DNA of 64,000 nucleotides from an archaeon GW2011_AR15 (GTDB lineage Archaea; Nanobdellota; Nanobdellia; Woesearchaeales; GW2011-AR15), in the NCBI GenBank assembly GCA_000830295.1, contig CP010425.1, positions 544,001-608,000 of the forward strand, written 5' to 3'. The position numbers and the translations under genes are program-made. Positions 57,278-64,000 of the stretch are shown here, one piece after another (position 1 is the first letter of the stretch; each line of letters begins with the position of its first letter). The notes under the pieces are model-generated. The model searched no databases. It saw only the letters and a program-made list of their open reading frames with translations, and had not been told where the DNA came from.

Positions 57278-60200
57278 TTGAGGAAAGTACTGTTCGCTGC
57301 TGTTGTACTGATTATATTATTTTCTGCACTCTCGGTTAGTAAGCCAACAGGCCCTGAAGTAAGTGCAAAAGTTCTCGAGATATCTGAAAAACAGGAAAAA
57401 TTTGATGTTATTGTAAAATTCAGGGACACACCAGATATAGCTTCACTTAGCAAAACCGATTCTGCCAAAAGCCTTTCAATAAAAGCAGCAGAAATAGCGG
57501 ATTTTCAGGAAAATAAACTGGATGAGATACTTGATAAAGACCTCAGACTAAAAAGGCAGAATAGCCTTACAAATGCAGCAACACTCTCAGTAACGCAGGA
57601 GGGCCTTGAAAAACTGATAAATGACCCGGATGTTGAATTTATCTATGAAGATATGCCCGTCCAGGCATTCCTCGATGTTTCTGCTCCGCTGATAGATGCA
57701 AACGATTTCTGGGCTATTAACATCAGCGGAATTGAAATAAACGGGACAGGGGAGACAGTGTGCATAATTGATTCTGGGATAGAGTATAATCACACCTCGT
57801 TGGGTGCATGCACGATAATAAACGAAACACGCTTCGGAAATAATGAGTCGTTTGCGAACGAGTCAGCACATGATTACACAAATGATCTTTCGCAGATATT
57901 CAAAGTCAACTACACAGGATTTACAAACATAGCAGTCCATTTTGTGAATATAAGCACTGAAGCAGAATTTGATTATGTTGAGATACTTGACCCGAATAAC
58001 AACAACAATACTATTGCAGTATACACAGGCAACCACGACAATGTATGGACGCCTTCTGTTGATGGGGACACAATTTATGTCAAGCTTGAAACAGACTTAT
58101 CTGTAACTGGCTGGGGATTCAAGATTGACCAAGTGATAAACGGCTCTGTAAATACAACCCTAAACTGGTCAACATGTGAGAAAGTTATTGGAGGGTGGGA
58201 TTTCACAGGCACTAACTCAAGCCTTGACGATCAGGACCCCATGGATAATTATGGCCACGGAACTCATGTTGCAGGAATAGTCGCATCAACACATAGTACA
58301 TATATGGGCATTGCTCCTGGGGCGAAAATTGTTGCAGTCAAAGCACTAAACAGTACAGGCGGCGGAACAACGTCAGATATCCTGGCAGCCATAGAGTTTT
58401 GCATAGAGAATAAAGACAGGCTGAATGTATCCGTTGTTTCCATGAGTCTTGGAGTCTCAACTCAATATGCTAATAACTGTGATGCTGATAATTCATTATT
58501 TGCTTTATATTCTCAAACCATACAGCAGGGAATTGCAAATAATATCTCTTTTGTTTCAGCATCAGGGAATGAAGCGAATTCATCAGGAATAACTTTCCCT
58601 GCCTGCCTACAAAATGTGACTTCTGTAGGAGCAACAACAGAAGCAGATGCAGTTGATACAAGCTATTCAAATTCAGCGGCCATACTTGACCTACTGGCCC
58701 CAGGAACGAATATAACCTCCACCTACATAGGCGGCGGAACAACAGAACTGGATGGAACATCAATGGCAACACCCCATGTAGCAGGAGCATTTTTGCTGAT
58801 AAGAAATTTCAAGAGGCTGGAAAACGGTACAATATTAACGCCAAAACAGATTGAGAACATACTGAAAGCAACCGGGATAAATTTAACAGATTCAAGAAAC
58901 TCTCTAAATTTTTCAAGAATAAACCTCTCAGCAGCCCTAGAATCTATCGACGACATTCCCAGAATAACATTTGTTGAGGGAAATGCAACCGGGAATACAA
59001 GCATAAGCTCCAGATTTGTGAATATAACCACATCAGAGCCACTCCATAGGTCATATGTGGAAGTTGATAGCACAACAAATTACACAATGAGCGGAAGCTC
59101 TGAGAATTTCTACTACAACATTACGGGGTTAAGTGTTGGCAGCCATAATTTCACAGTGCATGCTGTAGATTCAACAAACAACACAGGAAACAGTTCATTA
59201 GTCAGTTTCACAGTCACGCCGGCAGCACCGGGCATAACTCTGAATTACCCGACCGAATCATTGGTCGTAAACAGCTTTACAGTTGAGCTTAATTATACAC
59301 TGAATGAAACAAATCTTAACCGGACGTGGTATACAAAAAACAGCAATGCTACAAAAATTTCATTAACAGGAAGCAACGGGAATAATCTCCAAAATATAAC
59401 TTTCACAAAAGCAGGCAGGCAGGTTCTATCAGTCTTTGCCAACAATACCAATGGCGGAGTCGGCAGTGCAAATGTTACTTTTTTCATCAATCAAAGCTTT
59501 AATATCACACAATGGACAAGCGCGGTCTCAACAGCATCCCCGAATATATCTTCTGTAAGAATACAAGATCCAACAGGAGGTACTTTGACAGGAAATATTT
59601 CTGCAGATATGAATTTTACTCTGAAAATAAATTTTACAACTAGTGGGATAAATCTTACAGCACATAATCTGACAGGTCTCAACACAACATGGGATTTCGT
59701 ACTTATAGCAGATGATGATTCGGCTTCTTTTGTTTCAGACATCGGGGATGCAATAGGTACAGGTCCGGTAGATTATGTTCACCTGAAGAATTTTTCCAAT
59801 TTTTTCAATGATTCAGATGATTACTTCGGAAATGTAAGCCTGCCGCTAAACGCCAGCGCATATAACGGAATTTATTATTGCCCGACAGGAAACTTCTCAG
59901 CATGCACGCAGATAAGCAGCTGCTCAGGAGAATTCAATGAGACATCATCAACATCATGTTACAACACCTCAACAGGAATTGCAAGAGTATTCGTGCCTCA
60001 TTTCAGCGCAGTTTTCGGGGCCAATGATACTGTTGCACCTACAATTACAATGATTAATCCAGTGAATAATTCAATAATTAATTTCAGCTATCATGTTCCT
60101 GTTAATTTCACGACAAACGAGAATTCAACATGGTGTTTCTACCAGCATAATGCCGGCACAGCAGTTAATGTTACCGGCACAACATCATTCAATACAGTTT

Positions 60201-61531
60201 TCAACGCTACAAGCAATAGCGCCCAGAATATTTCAGTCACTTGCCGCGATCAGTATAATAACTCTAATTCGCCGGCCACTGTAGTTTATTTTACAATCAA
60301 TGATACAACAGCTCCAACAATCTCTTCCCTAAGTGATACTTCAACCACGTCAACAGTCAGGATAACATTCAACACAAACGAGCCCGCCAATTCCTCAGTA
60401 GTTTTAAGCAGCGGGACAACGACAACAAACACAACGCTCAGGCTTTCCCATTCATTCAATCTCACAGGCTTAACTGAGGATACAAGCTACAGCTATAATA
60501 TAACTGTTTGCGACAGACTCTCCAACTGCGGCAACACATCTGGAACAGAAGCTACAGAAGATTCATCATCAGATGACAGCTCAAGCAGCTCAGACTCTTC
60601 CAGCTCCTCCGGAGGCAGCAGTTCCGGAACAGCATCAGCCACGGCAAAGATGACGCAGATATGGGAAACCCTTGAAAGAGGAGAGCAGATAATGAATGTT
60701 GCAAGCGTAAAGATAGCCTTTACCAGACTCACACTGGCTGTCCTGAATACTATAGACTCTCAGGTGACTGTAAGTGTGGAATCCCTGCTTGAACTGCCTT
60801 CATCAGTGCCGGCGCCAGGCAGAGAGATTTTCCAGTACCTTGAGACTGAGGAAACTGGAATAACAGATGTGGATATAGGAGCAGTCACTATAAATTTCAG
60901 GGTGGATAATTCATGGATAGAAGAGAACTCAATAGATGCTGAAAGCATAAAGCTTTACAGGTATACTGATGCATGGGCTGCGCTTGAGACAGAGTTCCTG
61001 TCGCAGGATACAGTATATGCCTATTATGAGGCACAGTCTCCCGGCCTGAGCTATTTTGCAGTAACAGGCGGCAAGCTGCCGCAAAATGTTGTAGCAGCAA
61101 ACGAAACAGGAACAAACGAAACAGGAAATATAACGGATTTACCGAATGAAACAGCTAAAAGATTTAACTTTCTTCCGTGGCTGCTCATACTCCTTTTCGT
61201 GGGTGCAGCGGGTGTAGGGTTCTATTATTACCAAAAAACCGTGTCAGTCAGCACAGACAAGGAGCTGCATGGATTAAGGGAATATGTGAGAAAATACAGG
61301 AAGCAGGGTGGAAAAACAGAAGATATAGAGAAAGCCCTTATCACAGAGGGCTGGAACAAGAACCTTGTTGATCTTGCTCTGCATGAAGTGGAAGAACCGC
61401 ACGAGCAGCATGACAAGCTGCAGGAATACATAAGCAAGGCATTAAAATCAGGAAAGACAAAAAAAGAGGTAGAGGAACTCCTGAAAAGAGCAGGCTGGGG
61501 CGATGATGTGATAAACAAATATCTCAAATAG
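57278..61531 (+). CDS. Large membrane-anchored S8 subtilase with CUB-like insert, Ig/FN3-like domains, PGF-pre-PGF-like domain, TM and cytoplasmic helical repeats
   Basis: Triad IIDSG / GHGTHVAG / GTSMATPHVAG; SPGLSYFAV; dense N-x-S/T sequons. Confidence 0.88.
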   Translation: MRKVLFAAVVLIILFSALSVSKPTGPEVSAKVLEISEKQEKFDVIVKFRDTPDIASLSKTDSAKSLSIKAAEIADFQENKLDEILDKDLRLKRQNSLTNAATLSVTQEGLEKLINDPDVEFIYEDMPVQAFLDVSAPLIDANDFWAINISGIEINGTGETVCIIDSGIEYNHTSLGACTIINETRFGNNESFANESAHDYTNDLSQIFKVNYTGFTNIAVHFVNISTEAEFDYVEILDPNNNNNTIAVYTGNHDNVWTPSVDGDTIYVKLETDLSVTGWGFKIDQVINGSVNTTLNWSTCEKVIGGWDFTGTNSSLDDQDPMDNYGHGTHVAGIVASTHSTYMGIAPGAKIVAVKALNSTGGGTTSDILAAIEFCIENKDRLNVSVVSMSLGVSTQYANNCDADNSLFALYSQTIQQGIANNISFVSASGNEANSSGITFPACLQNVTSVGATTEADAVDTSYSNSAAILDLLAPGTNITSTYIGGGTTELDGTSMATPHVAGAFLLIRNFKRLENGTILTPKQIENILKATGINLTDSRNSLNFSRINLSAALESIDDIPRITFVEGNATGNTSISSRFVNITTSEPLHRSYVEVDSTTNYTMSGSSENFYYNITGLSVGSHNFTVHAVDSTNNTGNSSLVSFTVTPAAPGITLNYPTESLVVNSFTVELNYTLNETNLNRTWYTKNSNATKISLTGSNGNNLQNITFTKAGRQVLSVFANNTNGGVGSANVTFFINQSFNITQWTSAVSTASPNISSVRIQDPTGGTLTGNISADMNFTLKINFTTSGINLTAHNLTGLNTTWDFVLIADDDSASFVSDIGDAIGTGPVDYVHLKNFSNFFNDSDDYFGNVSLPLNASAYNGIYYCPTGNFSACTQISSCSGEFNETSSTSCYNTSTGIARVFVPHFSAVFGANDTVAPTITMINPVNNSIINFSYHVPVNFTTNENSTWCFYQHNAGTAVNVTGTTSFNTVFNATSNSAQNISVTCRDQYNNSNSPATVVYFTINDTTAPTISSLSDTSTTSTVRITFNTNEPANSSVVLSSGTTTTNTTLRLSHSFNLTGLTEDTSYSYNITVCDRLSNCGNTSGTEATEDSSSDDSSSSSDSSSSSGGSSSGTASATAKMTQIWETLERGEQIMNVASVKIAFTRLTLAVLNTIDSQVTVSVESLLELPSSVPAPGREIFQYLETEETGITDVDIGAVTINFRVDNSWIEENSIDAESIKLYRYTDAWAALETEFLSQDTVYAYYEAQSPGLSYFAVTGGKLPQNVVAANETGTNETGNITDLPNETAKRFNFLPWLLILLFVGAAGVGFYYYQKTVSVSTDKELHGLREYVRKYRKQGGKTEDIEKALITEGWNKNLVDLALHEVEEPHEQHDKLQEYISKALKSGKTKKEVEELLKRAGWGDDVINKYLK

Positions 61532-61532
61532 A

Positions 61533-61967
61533 TTATTTCTTCTTCTTTATCATGTCTTCAATAGTGAGTTCTTTTGTATCCGCCTTCAGGCTTTTGGAAG
61601 TAACTTCCCGTTCTTCAATAAGCTTAACGCTCAGCTGCTTTTCCAGCTTCCTTGCTATCTCAAGCGGAGGCACGTATTCTCCTGATTCCATCTTGTGCAC
61701 AAGAGATTCCCTCTCAGCAAGATATTTTGCGAACTCATTCTGCTTCAGTCCCATCTTTTCCCTTTTTTCCCTGATTATCTTTGGGAAATCATCTATGACG
61801 ACCTCTATTATCTCTTTTTCAGGCCTCCGGACAACCCTCGACCTCACAACAAGTTTCTTCCTTACTGGCCTGCCGAAAGAAGCGCAGTTCCTGCAGACTT
61901 TCAGCTCCACGCCTTCAACCATGACAGTGACCAGCTCTGCTTCTGTTCCGCACATCTCGCAGTTCAT
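61533..61967 (-). CDS. mbf1: Multiprotein bridging factor aMBF1
   Basis: CEMCG...VCRNC Zn ribbon plus HTH REKMGLKQNEFA...ARKLEK. Confidence 0.93.
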   Translation of the reverse strand: MNCEMCGTEAELVTVMVEGVELKVCRNCASFGRPVRKKLVVRSRVVRRPEKEIIEVVIDDFPKIIREKREKMGLKQNEFAKYLAERESLVHKMESGEYVPPLEIARKLEKQLSVKLIEEREVTSKSLKADTKELTIEDMIKKKK

Positions 61968-63119
61968 TTATCTCCCCCACACCAATATATTAAACAGCTC
62001 TCTGCCCTGGTTAAGTGAATATTGTTTTTTTAATTTAAACTTATGGGTTTTGGCATATTCATCAAGTAGCTCATACTCCTTTGCCAGCAGCACAACTTTT
62101 CCTGTTTTTTTCAGTATGTATTCCGCCTGGTAGAAAAGCTCATTGTATATTTTCCTCATCAGCCCGACGTCCTTGTGCTTTGACATCCTTGGAGGGTCTG
62201 ATATTATGAAATCAACATTGTTCTTCCCGAATTTCATGTCCATCCACTCAACTTCTTTCTTGCTTAAAGTTATGTATTTATCCACGCCCGCAAGTTTGGC
62301 ATTCTTCTGGGCTGCATTCAGGAATCTCAGCTGGAAATCATATCCTGATACATTTGTCATTTCCCTTTTTATTTTCTTATCATGCATTTCAAAAAATTTC
62401 TTTTCACCATATTTTTTAAAAAATTCAAAATTGGTAAAAAAGAGCCTGTCCTTGCTGTAGTAATGCACAGGAAACCCCATTGCATACAGCGCAGCCTCTA
62501 TCACAATAACGCCGGAGCCCATGAACGGGTCAACTATCACTGAATCTTTTTTTATGCCGGCTTTCCTCAGCACAGCATAGCCTGTTGTGCCTTTCAGGGC
62601 TTCCGGATGGTTGAATATCTTATACTGCCTCTTTGAGAGATCAATCCCCGCAAAATCAACCCCGAAATACCCACTGTTTCCGTATATGTAGATATAGAAT
62701 ATCACATCAGGCAGGTCATAGTCAATTTCAGGCTTCCCTGTTTTTTTCATCAGCTCAAAAAGACATTTGCTTGCCTCAGCCCCGACATCCACGCTGTGGA
62801 AATCATGCTCGCCTTCCCTGCCTGATTCAACCTTATATTTCCCTAGAAACCATTCACTGATGCCATCTTTCTTTAAACTCCCGGTAAGATTCTTTACTGT
62901 CTTATCAAGCTCTTTCTCTACCTTAAACTCAAACAGGAGAAGAACGGCTTTCGATATAGACTGGGACCTGTAGCATACGGTGCACAGCTCAGAATAGTCT
63001 TTTATGCTGAACTTTGCCAGCGTCTCTGAAACTTCTGCTTTGCTTCCTATAAGCTCTTTTATCTCCTCAGCAGCAACATCCTCAGCGCCTTTGTTGGTTA
63101 TTGCAATTGCCTCGTGCAT
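61968..63119 (-). CDS. THUMP-domain RNA methyltransferase (Trm14/RlmL-like)
   Basis: DLSKRQY, VDPFMGSGVIVIEAA, ISDPP. Confidence 0.85.
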   Translation of the reverse strand: MHEAIAITNKGAEDVAAEEIKELIGSKAEVSETLAKFSIKDYSELCTVCYRSQSISKAVLLLFEFKVEKELDKTVKNLTGSLKKDGISEWFLGKYKVESGREGEHDFHSVDVGAEASKCLFELMKKTGKPEIDYDLPDVIFYIYIYGNSGYFGVDFAGIDLSKRQYKIFNHPEALKGTTGYAVLRKAGIKKDSVIVDPFMGSGVIVIEAALYAMGFPVHYYSKDRLFFTNFEFFKKYGEKKFFEMHDKKIKREMTNVSGYDFQLRFLNAAQKNAKLAGVDKYITLSKKEVEWMDMKFGKNNVDFIISDPPRMSKHKDVGLMRKIYNELFYQAEYILKKTGKVVLLAKEYELLDEYAKTHKFKLKKQYSLNQGRELFNILVWGR

Positions 63120-63175
63120 GATTAACTGGAAAGGAAAGCTGTTTTTAAGCGTTGCCATGCCGACAGAAATAAGCC

Positions 63176-64000
63176 CTATCCAAGAATTCTCGCAGCATCA
63201 GCTACCTTATCGCCCTGGTTCAGCCTCATCAGCCTGACGCCCTGGGTGTTCCTTCCTATCACAGAAATGAATTTTGCGCTGGTCCTTATTACCTGGCCGT
63301 TGACGCTGATAAGCATAAGCTCGTCTTCGTCACTAACTGATTTTATGACGATGACCCCGCCGTTCCTTTCATTTGTTTTTATGTTTATGACTCCGCTCCC
63401 GCCCCTGTTAATGAGCCTGTAGTCTGATATGGGGGACCTTTTTCCAAATCCGTTTTCAGTGATTGTGAGCAGGGTCCTGTCTTCCTGGGCAACAACCATC
63501 CCTATTACTTCATCACCTTTTTTCTTCAATGTTATTCCCCTGACGCCGAAGGAATGCCTGGCCACAGGCCTTACATCAGTCTCATTGAATTTTACAGCCA
63601 TGCCTTCTTTTGTTGCCAGTATGAGCTGCTTCTCTCCGTTTGTCTTCACGACGCTTATAACATCATCTCCCTCTCTCAGGTTGATTGCCCAGATTCCTCC
63701 CTTCCTGGGCTTTGAATATGCCCTGATCCTTGTCTTCTTCACTAATCCTCCTGTCGTTGCAAATACAAGATATTCATTATCCTTGAATTCTTTCACGGGA
63801 ATCACAGCAGATATTTTCTCGTCCTGCTCCAGCCCCACGAGATTCACTATTGCCTTTCCTTTTGAATACCTTGATGCATCAGGAATCCTGTAGACTTTTG
63901 TCCAGTAAACCCTTCCCTTGTTTGTAAATGTAAGCAGGAATGAGTGCGTGTTTGCAATGAAAAGATGCTCCAGGAAATCCTCTTCTTTTGTCTCTGCTCC
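63176..64000 (-). CDS. gyrA: DNA gyrase subunit A, C-terminal beta-pinwheel (5' truncated by window)
   Basis: Frame open to window edge: HLFIANTHSFLLTFTNKGRVYW, GVRGITL, TENGFGKR, NRGGSGV, GRNTQGVRLM. Confidence 0.95.
   Translation of the reverse strand, partial: GAETKEEDFLEHLFIANTHSFLLTFTNKGRVYWTKVYRIPDASRYSKGKAIVNLVGLEQDEKISAVIPVKEFKDNEYLVFATTGGLVKKTRIRAYSKPRKGGIWAINLREGDDVISVVKTNGEKQLILATKEGMAVKFNETDVRPVARHSFGVRGITLKKKGDEVIGMVVAQEDRTLLTITENGFGKRSPISDYRLINRGGSGVINIKTNERNGGVIVIKSVSDEDELMLISVNGQVIRTSAKFISVIGRNTQGVRLMRLNQGDKVADAARILG

Noticed and set aside
60560-60640. Ser-rich repeat as a separate element
   Set aside because: Ordinary low-complexity linker within the S8 protease
1-64000. 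Alternative genetic code or stop-codon readthrough
   Set aside because: Conserved genes are full length under code 11, and TGA, TAA and TAG all terminate genes at expected positions

Overview
A 64 kb gene-dense archaeal segment. Its markers (pelota, NAC, MBF1, RFC-S, GatE, ATP-dependent DNA ligase, intron-containing tRNAs, archaeal RNase P RNA, TATA promoters, plus bacterial-type gyrA and many secreted Ig-like proteins) suggest a DPANN archaeon, probably Woesearchaeota (inference). Housekeeping genes are interleaved with surface-protein and glycan-modification loci. The most unusual signals are: (1) a ~93-bp non-coding hairpin element sitting between duplicated tRNA 3' ends at two different tRNA genes (Trp once, Thr twice), with covarying stems and the same T-loop register; (2) a five-gene operon with a class III signal-peptide protein and four paralogous two-domain beta-sandwich (lipo)proteins; (3) a 1033-aa protein with tandem dead and live calcineurin-like phosphoesterase domains next to a cytidine deaminase; (4) a GT-C glycosyltransferase-GH106-like hydrolase fusion; (5) a radical-SAM-rich glycan island behind tRNA-Trp. 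No CRISPR array, integrase or transposase was seen. All family calls come from motif recognition by eye, not database searches.
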